64,000 nt of DNA from Clostridia bacterium (GTDB taxonomy: Bacteria > Bacillota > Clostridia > UMGS1883), in NCBI GenBank assembly GCA_045636425.1, contig JAZTXM010000002.1, positions 93,951 through 157,950 on the forward strand. Reading direction: 5' to 3'. Below are positions 32,802 to 41,907 of this stretch, one piece after another; positions within the stretch are counted from its first letter, which is position 1; every line of letters begins with the position of its first letter. The notes beneath the pieces were generated by a model. The model was not told where the DNA came from. It saw only the letters and a list, made by a program, of their open reading frames with translations, and searched no databases. The position numbers were made by a program, and so were the translations under genes.

Positions 32802-33473
32802 ATGGCTGAAAGATACGGCGAAATTCCGAAAAAATTCACAAGTAAATGGTGGTCTTATTTCTGGACCTATTACAAATGGTGGGTAATTGTTCCTGCTGTG
32901 CTTATAGTAGCGGTAGTGTGTCTTTTAACTTCCATTTGGAAAATGGAGCGTTATGACGTGACGCTGACTTATGCAGGACCGCATTTTTTTCCGAATAATC
33001 ACGTGAAGCAAATTTCAGGGGAGCTTGGAGGGCTTTGCGAGGATGTAAATAAAGACGGAGAAAAGCTTCTGACTCTTGCAAACATGACTATTTCAGACAA
33101 GGAAATTGACCTTGAATACAAATCTTCCCTTTTGATATCCCTGCAATTCGCCTTGGAGGAAGAAGAAAAATACATCTTTATCATTCATAAGGATTTTGCC
33201 TCACGATATTTAGCACAGAATGAAAAAGGTTGCCGTTATGCACCTGCTAAAGAGTGGCTTACTGCCGATATAGGTTATAGCAAGGCACTGTCTGCACACG
33301 GCAATGACTACGGAATTTTACTTGATGAAAGCGATATTTTTAAGAAATGGAACTGCGACCTAAAGGACCATTATCTTCTTATAAGAAAAAAGCCCGCCGA
33401 TAAAGCGGAGCTTCCTGCATATAATGCGGCAATAGAGCTTGCAAACAAGCTGTTAGAACATAAGGGGATGTAA
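32802..33473 (+). CDS. Membrane-anchored hypothetical protein (single N-terminal TM), translationally coupled to atpC
   Basis: ATG 3 nt after the atpC stop. Hydrophobic WWSYFWTYYKWWVIVPAVLIVAVVCLL, then a soluble domain with no recognisable motif. Confidence 0.5.
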   Translation: MAERYGEIPKKFTSKWWSYFWTYYKWWVIVPAVLIVAVVCLLTSIWKMERYDVTLTYAGPHFFPNNHVKQISGELGGLCEDVNKDGEKLLTLANMTISDKEIDLEYKSSLLISLQFALEEEEKYIFIIHKDFASRYLAQNEKGCRYAPAKEWLTADIGYSKALSAHGNDYGILLDESDIFKKWNCDLKDHYLLIRKKPADKAELPAYNAAIELANKLLEHKGM

Positions 33474-33582
33474 AAAAGTCCAGATCGCAAAAAGGCAATT
33501 AGCATACAAAATAAAATGCTCGAAAAAACGACTGAACTTTATATTTTGGTTGAAAAATCTCATATTCTTCGATTTTTCTATG

Positions 33583-33686
33583 TTTCTAAGCCTTTTTGCT
33601 ACGAACAAACTTCGCCTCTCGACGTACCCACGTACGCCTTCGGGTAACCCACGGCAAGCCGTGGCTCAGTTTGTCCGTTCTGAATC
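33583..33686 (+). ncRNA. Candidate structured cis-regulatory RNA (unclassified). A closing helix (CGAACAAACT / AGTTTGTCCG) encloses two hairpins (CGTAC-CCAC-GTACG and CCACGGC-AA-GCCGTGG).
   Basis: Nested complementarity read directly from the sequence. Located in the 290-nt leader of the CDS at 33764-34486. No known riboswitch class recognised. Confidence 0.3.
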
Positions 33687-33703
33687 ATTTTTCCTATCCC
33701 CTA

Positions 33704-33750
33704 ATAAAAAGGAGGTGTAAAAAACCGAGTTTTTACACCTCCTTTAATAG
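33704..33750 (+). promoter_or_regulatory. Terminator/attenuator-like hairpin that sequesters an SD-like sequence (GGAGGTGTAAAAA-ACCGAG-TTTTTACACCTCC, then TTTAAT)
   Basis: 13-bp perfect stem 14 nt upstream of the downstream gene's own SD (AGGTGA). The weak U-tract suggests a regulatory rather than constitutive terminator. Confidence 0.4.
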
Positions 33751-33763
33751 TCAGGTGATTATT

Positions 33764-34486
33764 TTGAAATATCCTTATCTGCCCCACGAAAAAGCAACGG
33801 TGTTTATAGCCGATGTTCATATAGACGATGCCACTGTTATCACTCCTCCCGAAATTCCCGTTTTGCCCGAGGGGCTTATTCGTCATGCGGATTTGGGAAT
33901 ATGCATTGTTTCCCCCAAAAAGGCGGTATGTCCGCCCGAAAGTTGTGCATACTATAGGGAAAAGCTCTCCCCCTACGGATTTGAGGTCATTTCAGGAAAA
34001 TCACATATCGGCAGTAACTACCCAAGCGACAGTGCATATAATGTTGGTATAGTCGGAAAAAAATGTTTTTTAAACAAAAGTGTATGCGATGAGCATTTAT
34101 ATGAAATACTTATCAGCGAGGGTTACGAAATAATAAATGTGAAGCAGGGATATACAAAATGCTCCATATGCCCCGTAGATGAAAATAGCTTTATAACAGG
34201 CGATAAAGGGATTGCCTCCGCAGGAGATAATGCAGGGATGGATGTTCTTTTAATATCCAATGACAATATTTCTTTGCCCGGCTATTCAAACGGATTTTTC
34301 GGAGGCTCCACAGGCATGGGAGCAAAGGATGAGCTTCTTGTAAACGGCGACATTTCCACGCTCCCCGACCACGACAGGATAAAGGAATTTTTAGAAGAAA
34401 GAAAAATCCGCATAAAAAGCATCAAGGAAGGAGAAGTAAGGGATATAGGCTCCATTATACCTTTGATAGCATCAAACGAAAGCTAA
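33764..34486 (+). CDS. Hypothetical protein (about 240 aa), family not recognised
   Basis: Probable TTG start (LKYPYLPHEK...) with AGGTGA upstream; no in-frame ATG upstream. Coding-like composition. C-terminal motifs GYSNGFFGGSTGMGAKDELLVNGD. Confidence 0.45.
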   Translation: MKYPYLPHEKATVFIADVHIDDATVITPPEIPVLPEGLIRHADLGICIVSPKKAVCPPESCAYYREKLSPYGFEVISGKSHIGSNYPSDSAYNVGIVGKKCFLNKSVCDEHLYEILISEGYEIINVKQGYTKCSICPVDENSFITGDKGIASAGDNAGMDVLLISNDNISLPGYSNGFFGGSTGMGAKDELLVNGDISTLPDHDRIKEFLEERKIRIKSIKEGEVRDIGSIIPLIASNES

Positions 34487-34516
34487 CTACATAATCAATA
34501 AATGAGGTGATAGCTT

Positions 34517-35206
34517 TTGGATTATAATGCCGCTTTATCTCTGCCGAAGAACTGTGACATCAGGGAGTTTGCAGGGCAGATAACAAGCGAAATTCTTGAC
34601 AAATGCGAACGGAATTTACTATATAAGATTACTAAGAATGAATTCCCCTATACCCCCGAGGGTGACAGGAACCAAATATACAATATAGCATTAAAACATG
34701 CATCGGGGCAGAGCGATGATGTGATGGACACCATTCATTATAACAGGCGAAAAGCACTGATTGAGGAGCGTGCCATTGACTATCTTCGCGAAAACAACTG
34801 CATAATATTAAACGGATTTATAAACTTCAGGTTAGAGGAGTACAAAAACGAATTACGCTCTCTTTGCCATGATGCGGCGGACGAAATGTATGCCCTACGG
34901 GAATATGACGAGTTTTTGAATATGCTACGCTTTTTCGTTTCTGTGCAATCACCAAAGGAAAACACCGTCCATGTATTAAAAAAGAACGGTGTTTTGAGAA
35001 TTGAAAACAAGTGGCATAGGGATATCACAAAATTTTACGCGGAGGAATTTGCTTTTAGCGGTGAAGATTTCACCTCGGAAGATATTGCCTTAAGTGCATT
35101 GATATCAATTTCACCCAGGAAAATTGTTGTTCACGACAATAAGGAAAATGATAAAATATATGAAACACTTTTAAGCGTATTTCCAAATGTAGAGTTTACA
35201 GAATAG
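34517..35206 (+). CDS. Hypothetical protein, possibly YtxC-like sporulation-associated
   Basis: 229 aa with an RBS, no motif confidently recognised. Followed by a bidirectional terminator. Confidence 0.3.
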   Translation: MDYNAALSLPKNCDIREFAGQITSEILDKCERNLLYKITKNEFPYTPEGDRNQIYNIALKHASGQSDDVMDTIHYNRRKALIEERAIDYLRENNCIILNGFINFRLEEYKNELRSLCHDAADEMYALREYDEFLNMLRFFVSVQSPKENTVHVLKKNGVLRIENKWHRDITKFYAEEFAFSGEDFTSEDIALSALISISPRKIVVHDNKENDKIYETLLSVFPNVEFTE

Positions 35207-35208
35207 GA

Positions 35209-35250
35209 AAAGAGACACATTGGGGACAGTCCCCATTGTGTCTCTCTTTT
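35209..35250. terminator. Bidirectional intrinsic terminator (AAGAGACACATTGGGGAC-AG-TCCCCATTGTGTCTCT + T6)
   Basis: Long perfect palindrome between convergent genes. Confidence 0.8.
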
Positions 35251-35778
35251 TTACTTCTTTGGCACTTGAATTTCTCCGGCAAGATTCTTCCATGTGAAGC
35301 ATCCATTCTCCAGCACCATATATCCATGCCAGGAATCCTCTTTTGGAATTGATACCGAACCGGGATTAATGTAGCGAACGCCCTCTTTCACATAATCTAT
35401 CGGAATATGAGTGTGTCCGGACAGGACCATCTCTCCCGGTTGCAGGGCAGGGAAATCATGATGACCATGCGCAGCATAGATTGTCATCCCTTCCCAACAA
35501 AGCAGGGCAGAATCTGACAAAACCGGGAAGTCCAGCATCATCTGGTCTACCTCGGTGTCGCAGTTGCCCCGTACACAAAGGAGCTTTTCTTTGATACCGT
35601 TAAGCATTGCCGCTACCTCTTTGGGTGCATATCCCGCAGGAAGGTTGTTCCGCGGACCATGATAGAGCAAATCCCCCAAGAGCAATACCTTGGCGGGATT
35701 TTCCCTCTCCACTGCTTCCATCAAATGCCGACAATACTCCGCCGATCCATGAATATCCGATGCAATCAATAATTTCAT
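35251..35778 (-). CDS. YfcE-like metallophosphoesterase (phosphodiesterase)
   Basis: Start at MKLLIASDIHG (GGAGG upstream). GDLLYHG, GNCD and GHTH motifs. Confidence 0.8.
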   Translation of the reverse strand: MKLLIASDIHGSAEYCRHLMEAVERENPAKVLLLGDLLYHGPRNNLPAGYAPKEVAAMLNGIKEKLLCVRGNCDTEVDQMMLDFPVLSDSALLCWEGMTIYAAHGHHDFPALQPGEMVLSGHTHIPIDYVKEGVRYINPGSVSIPKEDSWHGYMVLENGCFTWKNLAGEIQVPKK

Positions 35779-35847
35779 AAATTTTTCCTCCGTATTAAAA
35801 TTTGTTTGTACCAAGTTATAATAAAAAAATCAATAATGAATTGCCTT

Positions 35848-37488
35848 TTAATGCACAATTGTGCTTCCGCCGATAAACTCCCTTATAATTGAGGTGGGCG
35901 GAATAGGCTCGGGGTCAAATTCTTCAAAGTAGGAAAGAAGCTTGATAAGCCTTCTTGCACGGCTTAAATAGGGGCTATCCTCCCCTATTTCGGAAAGAAG
36001 CTTAATTGCAGGCTCTTTAAGCACGGAAAGCTCATACACCAAAGAGGAATTAAACACCTCGTCCGCTTCGCTTTCAAAGGGAAAAATGTACTTTTGCTCC
36101 CCTCTCCTCACGCTTTGCCATAGCTTAAATGTTCCCTCTGCAGGAGTGTTTCTGTGGGAGGCATCACGGACAATTCTGCGAAGAAGTCTGTTATCCGTAG
36201 GGGAAAATGCGTTATACTCATCAAGGCACAGACTGGTAAGACAGCTAAGATATATTTTATACTTGTTTTCACGCTTAACACGGCTTGTGAGAAGCTCATT
36301 AAGTGCGTGAATACCCTCTGCAATGATTATCTGATTTTCACCTAAAGTGAGCGTTTTTCCTTTAACACGCTTTCGTATTTTGAAATCGTATTTGGGAAGT
36401 TCTACGCTTTCACCTTTGGCAAGAAGCGAAAGATGCTCATTGAAAAGCTCATAGTCAATAGCCTCCACACACTCAAAATCCATTTCTCCGTTTTCGTCGC
36501 GAGGCATACGCTCATCATCTACATAATAATCATCAAGGGATATTACCACGGGATTTATGTGGTTGATTTTAAGGTGCAGGCAAAGGCGGTTTGCAAAAGA
36601 AGTTTTGCCCGAAGATGACGGCCCTGCAATCAAAATGACTTTTATATTCGGGTTTTCCTTGATTTTATCCGCAATACGGCTTATCCGCTTTTCGTGAAGC
36701 CCCTCTGCCATATTCACAAGCTCGGCTATATTACCTTCCCGTATAGTTTCATTAAGGGCAAATATGTCGCCTACTCCTACCGTGCTTATCCAGTCACGGT
36801 AGTCCTCTATTGCATTATGAACCTTTATCCCCGTTTTAATTTCGGGAATTGCGTCAACCATGTAATCCGTGGGATATTTCAGTAAAAATCCGTCGTCGAA
36901 AGGAACGATATCAAAAACACTCAACGCCTGTAAGGAATATACAATGGGCTGATAGGTAAGGTGGTATCTTTTTGCCGTTTTACATGCGGTGATAACCTTG
37001 GCAGGGAGCTTTTCTATAAGCTCTGCCTTATCCGTCTCCCCGTTCTGCCTGAAAAGCTCTGCCAGAACTTCTTTTTTAAGCTTGATGGAATGGAACTTTT
37101 CATTCTGATGGATAGTTTCATTCATTTTTGCTTTAATTGCCTCTGCTATGCGTGCTTTATCCGAGGTTGTATTTATCTCAAAATAGGTTGACTTATTTAC
37201 GGACTGGCGTACAAAAACCGTGTCCGCTCCCGTAATCTGCTCCGCCGCATGAAGTAGCAATAAAATAAGGGATTCTTTGTAGATGAGGTATCCCTCATCG
37301 CTTTTTATGCTAAGGGGGAAAACCGTGTCCTTATGTTGCAAAATATAGTCAGACGGCACAATTTTGCCGTTGACTTTACAGGCAAGAACGCTCTTTCCCA
37401 ATTCTTGTTCTATTATAAAATCGCCTATTTGGGTTTCTTTATCTATGCTTATAGTTTCGGAATTATAGGTAAATTTAATCATTTTCAA
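35848..37488 (-). CDS. Uridine kinase/phosphoribulokinase-family P-loop kinase fused to N-terminal ThrRS-like (TGS-type) domains
   Basis: 546 aa. Walker A AGPSSSGKTSF. The N-terminal beta-grasp-like MIKFTYNSETISIDKETQIGDFII resembles ThrRS N-terminal domains. Confidence 0.6.
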   Translation of the reverse strand: MKMIKFTYNSETISIDKETQIGDFIIEQELGKSVLACKVNGKIVPSDYILQHKDTVFPLSIKSDEGYLIYKESLILLLLHAAEQITGADTVFVRQSVNKSTYFEINTTSDKARIAEAIKAKMNETIHQNEKFHSIKLKKEVLAELFRQNGETDKAELIEKLPAKVITACKTAKRYHLTYQPIVYSLQALSVFDIVPFDDGFLLKYPTDYMVDAIPEIKTGIKVHNAIEDYRDWISTVGVGDIFALNETIREGNIAELVNMAEGLHEKRISRIADKIKENPNIKVILIAGPSSSGKTSFANRLCLHLKINHINPVVISLDDYYVDDERMPRDENGEMDFECVEAIDYELFNEHLSLLAKGESVELPKYDFKIRKRVKGKTLTLGENQIIIAEGIHALNELLTSRVKRENKYKIYLSCLTSLCLDEYNAFSPTDNRLLRRIVRDASHRNTPAEGTFKLWQSVRRGEQKYIFPFESEADEVFNSSLVYELSVLKEPAIKLLSEIGEDSPYLSRARRLIKLLSYFEEFDPEPIPPTSIIREFIGGSTIVH

Positions 37489-37489
37489 A

Positions 37490-38908
37490 TCACCTCAAAA
37501 ATTCAAGTGCCTTTCTCTTCTTCTCTATTATCTCATCGATTCTATTTATATAATCGGCAGCTTCCTTGGGATTAAACACCCTTTCAATCCTGTCGCCCTT
37601 TACCATTTTTGTAGATGCACCGCCGCCCATGGCAAGAATCGTCTGTATTTCCTCCATGATGTAGATATTATAAAGGCTTTCGTGTCCCTCAAAGGAAAAC
37701 CCTACGTTTTCAAGATTTCCCAGGGTATTCTTTTGTTTATACATATAATAGGGGTTATATCCCTTTTCTGTCAGAAAATCGTATGAATACTGCACCATTT
37801 TATCCATATTATCGGCAAAACGCAGTTTTTCAAAATCATCAATAAGCCGTGCGGCTCTTTTTAAATACATTGTATGCACTGTCACGGCATGGGGAGAAAG
37901 GGCGCACACTTCACTCACTGTTTTTTGAAAATCTTCTATGCTTTCGCCGGGAAGCCCTGCAATAAGGTCTGCATTAATGCTGAAACAGCCGTATTTTTTT
38001 GTCATTTCAAAGGCTCGTATGGTTTCCTCCACGCTGTGCCGTCTTCCGATTCTTTCCAGCGTTTCCTGATTCATGGTCTGCGGGTTTATGCTGATTCGAT
38101 TGATGCCATTTTCGGAAAGGACATCAAGCATTTCGTCGGAAAAAGTATCGGGTCTTCCTGCTTCTATCGTAAATTCCTTAAGTGAAGATACATCAAAGGA
38201 GTTTTTAACCTTCTTTATAAGTATATTCAGATTTTCGGGCGATAATGTGGTCGGAGTGCCGCCACCGAAATAAATTGTTTCAGCTTTAAAGCCTAAATCC
38301 TCTGCCATACGTGCCGTCGCTTCAATTTCCTTTACAAGCGCCTCCACATAGGGTTGTACAAACTTTTGGTTGTGTGCCATTGCCTGAGAAATAAAGGAGC
38401 AATAGGAGCATCGGGTGGGACAAAAGGGTATTCCGATATAAAGACCTACGCCGTTTTTTACGCGGTTTTTGAGAAGCCCGAATTCCTTTTTTGCCACCTG
38501 AAGACTGAGGCGTGCTTTTTTGGGGGTAATGAAAAACTCCTCCTGCATGTAGCTTAATATTTCACTGTCACTCTTATTCTCGTCGAGCATCATTCGGGCA
38601 GTTTTGGCAGGTCTTATCCCTGTGGAAATTCCCCAGGGTGCGGGCATATCAGAAAGCTTTCTGCATGCAAAAAACACCGATTTCTTTATTAAATCGCTGA
38701 TTTGCCTTTTTTCGGGAGAAAAAAGCTGCATTTCAATTTCACCCTCGGCTTGTCTTTCGCCGAGGGTGATTTTTGCTTTTGCTTTATATATATTTTCTTC
38801 AATATGTAGCTTAGATATTACATCAAATTCCGAATTTATATCGAAAAAAAGCTGTAATATCTGCCTTACGGCATCTTCAAAGGAATGTCCTTTTAATTCA
38901 ATCTTCAT
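37490..38908 (-). CDS. HemZ/HemN-like radical SAM protein (coproporphyrinogen-dehydrogenase-like)
   Basis: 472 aa. CPTRCSYC radical-SAM cysteine triad after a long N-terminal extension; GGGTPT motif. Confidence 0.7.
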   Translation of the reverse strand: MKIELKGHSFEDAVRQILQLFFDINSEFDVISKLHIEENIYKAKAKITLGERQAEGEIEMQLFSPEKRQISDLIKKSVFFACRKLSDMPAPWGISTGIRPAKTARMMLDENKSDSEILSYMQEEFFITPKKARLSLQVAKKEFGLLKNRVKNGVGLYIGIPFCPTRCSYCSFISQAMAHNQKFVQPYVEALVKEIEATARMAEDLGFKAETIYFGGGTPTTLSPENLNILIKKVKNSFDVSSLKEFTIEAGRPDTFSDEMLDVLSENGINRISINPQTMNQETLERIGRRHSVEETIRAFEMTKKYGCFSINADLIAGLPGESIEDFQKTVSEVCALSPHAVTVHTMYLKRAARLIDDFEKLRFADNMDKMVQYSYDFLTEKGYNPYYMYKQKNTLGNLENVGFSFEGHESLYNIYIMEEIQTILAMGGGASTKMVKGDRIERVFNPKEAADYINRIDEIIEKKRKALEFLR

Positions 38909-38913
38909 ATAAA

Positions 38914-39537
38914 TCAGTCCAATACATGATTAACTATATAGGGGTTTCCTCTCTTTTCGTCACCGATTGTCGTTCTGACGCCGTGACCGGGAAGCACGGT
39001 TGTTTCTTCGGGAAAGCTTGTGATAAGGAATTTAATAGATTCAAGCTCCATCTTTAAATCCCCGAAATCAAATCTTCCTATGGAATTTTGGAAAAGCAAA
39101 TCTCCGCAGAACAAATTGTCTCCCCACTGATATGTTACGCTACCCGTGCTGTGACCGGGAGTGTGGTATACTTTTATGGTTGTGCTTCCAAGGGGGATTT
39201 CACGCACGTCGTCCAGCAATATATCAGGGGTATACGGCTCTATCTTTTCCCCTGTAAGGAAGCTGAGATTACAGTTGTTATCGAGTAGCATCATCTTATC
39301 TCCGCTGTGGATATAAACCTTTGCCCCTGTTTTTTCGGCAAGGGCAGAGACAGCTCCTATATGGTCAAAATGCCCATGGGTAAGAAGTATTTTTGTAAGT
39401 GCGGCTCCGCTTTCTTCTATTTTCTTTAAAATTAAGTCGGCCTGTGCACCGGGGTCAATCACTGCCGCTTCCCCGTTATCCGTCAGAAGATAGCAATTCA
39501 CACATAGCTGCCCTACCATAATACGCTGTATTTCCAT
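38914..39537 (-). CDS. MBL-fold metallo-hydrolase
   Basis: 207 aa with THGHFDHIG. Confidence 0.8.
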   Translation of the reverse strand: MEIQRIMVGQLCVNCYLLTDNGEAAVIDPGAQADLILKKIEESGAALTKILLTHGHFDHIGAVSALAEKTGAKVYIHSGDKMMLLDNNCNLSFLTGEKIEPYTPDILLDDVREIPLGSTTIKVYHTPGHSTGSVTYQWGDNLFCGDLLFQNSIGRFDFGDLKMELESIKFLITSFPEETTVLPGHGVRTTIGDEKRGNPYIVNHVLD

Positions 39538-39553
39538 TTATATTCATTCCTTT

Positions 39554-39715
39554 AGGCCGAGAGGAGCGAAACCCCATAAGCCTTTAACTTGATTAATTTG
39601 AGCACTTTTCAATTTGTCGTCCTTGAAAGGCGACAGCCTGTCTGCGTCCTCCGCATTGAAATTGCTCTAAATTTCTCTGCGTTTAAGGCTTATGGAGTTC
39701 CACTCCTCTCGGCCT
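39554..39715. repeat. 177-bp intergenic element bounded by about 35-bp imperfect inverted repeats (AGGCCGAGAGGAG...CCATAAGCCTTTAAC / GTTTAAGGCTTATGG...CTCCTCTCGGCCT). MITE-like or a large structured RNA hairpin.
   Basis: The arms are about 85% identical as reverse complements. The element fills the relA-MBL intergenic gap and contains no ORF. Confidence 0.5.
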
Positions 39716-41907
39716 TACTGAACGGTTCTTCTGATATCATGTACGCCGGGAACACGATGCAGTTTCTTTATAATAGCGTCAAGCTGCTGCTTGCTGTCTA
39801 CCTCAATAGTAATGTCAATAAGAGCTGTCCTATCCTTAAGTGCACGTGCATTAGCGGCTATAAGGTTAAGCTTCTGCTCGGAAACAACACCAATAACATC
39901 AGCTAAAATTCCGCTTCTGTTTGTACATTCAATGCTGAGCTCTGTATTAAATGAGGAGGCCACATCATCAAGCCAGTTACATTCTATCATACGCTCACGC
40001 ATATCCTCACTGAGCTTGCTCTCCATGACATTAATGCAGTCGCTTCTGTGTATGCTGACACCTCTGCCGCGGGTAATAAATCCGATAATATCATCACCCG
40101 GGACGGGATTACAGCAACGGGAAAGTCTGACAAGACAGTTATCTACGCCTCGGATTTCTATTCCCACATCACTCTTGGCGTTCTTTTTAGATGCAGTTTT
40201 GGGTGCAAGCTCAGGAACGATTTCTTCCTTATGGTCATTCTGATAGCTGTCACGCAGTCTTGTTACAACCTTTGCCGCAGTAATTCCACCGAAGCCTATT
40301 GCCGCATACATTTCCTCAACGGAAGCAAAGCCGTAGCGCTTAAGCATAGGCTCAAGATATTTATTTTTGAACAAATCACCCTGATTCATTCCCACACGCT
40401 TAAGCTCAGCCTCCACGGCATCTTTTCCGCGTTGAATGTTTACTTCCCTGTTTTCTTTCTTAAAGTAGGAATTGATTTTACTGCGTGCTGTAGAGGTTTT
40501 AACAATTTTCAGCCAGTCACGGCTGGGGCCTTTATTGGAGCTTGAAGTGATTACCTCCACAATATCTCCGTTCTGAAGCTTATAATCAAGGGTTACCATT
40601 TTTGAATTTACCTTGGCACCCGTCATTTTATATCCTACTGCAGAGTGAATATAGAATGCAAAATCTATGGGGCATGAACCTGCCGGAAGTCCTATTACGT
40701 CCCCTCGGGGAGTGAATACAAATACCTCATCGGCAAACATGTCTATTTTAAGAGTTCTCATGAAATCTTCGGGGTCAACCGCTTCGCTCTGGATTTCAAG
40801 AAGCTTGTTTACCCAGTCAAGATTCTTACTGTCGCCCGCTCTTCCCTCTTTGTATTTCCAATGCGCAGCAATACCGCGTTCCGCAACACGGTGCATATCC
40901 CAAGTGCGAATCTGAATTTCAAAGGGCTGACCGTCCGGACCTATAACGGTGGTATGAAGCGACTGGTACATATTAGGCTTGGGCATGGCGATATAATCCT
41001 TGAATCTTCCCGGGATAGGCTTATATTCCTCATGGACAATACCAAGCACCGCATAACATTCAGCCACCGTGTCAACAATTATACGAACTGCAAAAAGGTC
41101 ATATATTTCGTCGAGAGTTTTGTTCTGATTATACATCTTTCTGAAAATCGAATAGATGTGCTTTGCACGGGCGGCAATGTGGCATTTAATACCCATTTCC
41201 TCCATTTTGTCGGCAATAACACCTCTTACGTTCTGCACATACGCATCACGCTCGGACTGCTTTTGTGAAAGTCCGTCAACAATTTCGTAGTACGCTACAC
41301 TGTCAAGATATTTAAGAGCCAAATCCTCAAGCTCAATCTTGATTTTAGATATACCCAGCCTGTAAGCAAGGGGAGCATACACATCTAATGCCTCTTTTGC
41401 CTTTTGGAGCTGTTTTTCGGGCTTCATATGCTTAAGAGTACGCATATTATGAAGCCTGTCTGCAAGCTTTATAAGAACGACACGTATGTCCTCTGCCATT
41501 GCAAAAAACATTTTTCTAAGGTTTTCAATGTGAGCTTCTTCCTTGGAAATACACTTGATTTTATCAAGCTTTGTCACACCTTCAACAAGGAGTGCCACCT
41601 GCTCACCGAATTCCTCTTTCATCACATCGTAGCCATAGTCCGTATCTTCTATAATATCATGCAAAAGACCCGCTACAATTGCCTGAGCATCAAGCTCCAT
41701 TTCCGCCAGGATGCAGGCAACCTCATATGGATGCACAAAATACGGCTCTCCGCTGTGGCGGAGCTGGTCACCGTGCTTTTCTTTGCACAGTGTATAGGCT
41801 TTAAGAATCAGGCCTCTGTCCTCGTCTGCATTTTTATTATATTGTTTTATTTTTTCCATCAAGACTTCAAATGCCTGATCCATAAAATCACTCCCGATTT
41901 CAGCCAT
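39715..41907 (-). CDS. relA: Bifunctional (p)ppGpp synthetase/hydrolase RelA/SpoT
   Basis: 730 aa with HD domain (HGDQLRHSGEPYFVHPYEVA), synthetase, TGS and ACT regions. Confidence 0.95.
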   Translation of the reverse strand: MAEIGSDFMDQAFEVLMEKIKQYNKNADEDRGLILKAYTLCKEKHGDQLRHSGEPYFVHPYEVACILAEMELDAQAIVAGLLHDIIEDTDYGYDVMKEEFGEQVALLVEGVTKLDKIKCISKEEAHIENLRKMFFAMAEDIRVVLIKLADRLHNMRTLKHMKPEKQLQKAKEALDVYAPLAYRLGISKIKIELEDLALKYLDSVAYYEIVDGLSQKQSERDAYVQNVRGVIADKMEEMGIKCHIAARAKHIYSIFRKMYNQNKTLDEIYDLFAVRIIVDTVAECYAVLGIVHEEYKPIPGRFKDYIAMPKPNMYQSLHTTVIGPDGQPFEIQIRTWDMHRVAERGIAAHWKYKEGRAGDSKNLDWVNKLLEIQSEAVDPEDFMRTLKIDMFADEVFVFTPRGDVIGLPAGSCPIDFAFYIHSAVGYKMTGAKVNSKMVTLDYKLQNGDIVEVITSSSNKGPSRDWLKIVKTSTARSKINSYFKKENREVNIQRGKDAVEAELKRVGMNQGDLFKNKYLEPMLKRYGFASVEEMYAAIGFGGITAAKVVTRLRDSYQNDHKEEIVPELAPKTASKKNAKSDVGIEIRGVDNCLVRLSRCCNPVPGDDIIGFITRGRGVSIHRSDCINVMESKLSEDMRERMIECNWLDDVASSFNTELSIECTNRSGILADVIGVVSEQKLNLIAANARALKDRTALIDITIEVDSKQQLDAIIKKLHRVPGVHDIRRTVQ

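Noticed and set aside
33583-33686. Purine or guanidine riboswitch assignment for the three-helix element
   Set aside because: The conserved junction and loop sequences of purine riboswitches (UAUA junction, loop-loop pairs) and the ACGR loops of guanidine-II are absent. It was left as an unclassified candidate.
33704-33724. AGGAGG followed immediately by GTG-TAA (start-stop minigene)
   Set aside because: The 3-nt spacing between SD and GTG is too short for initiation. More likely this is simply the 5' arm of the hairpin.
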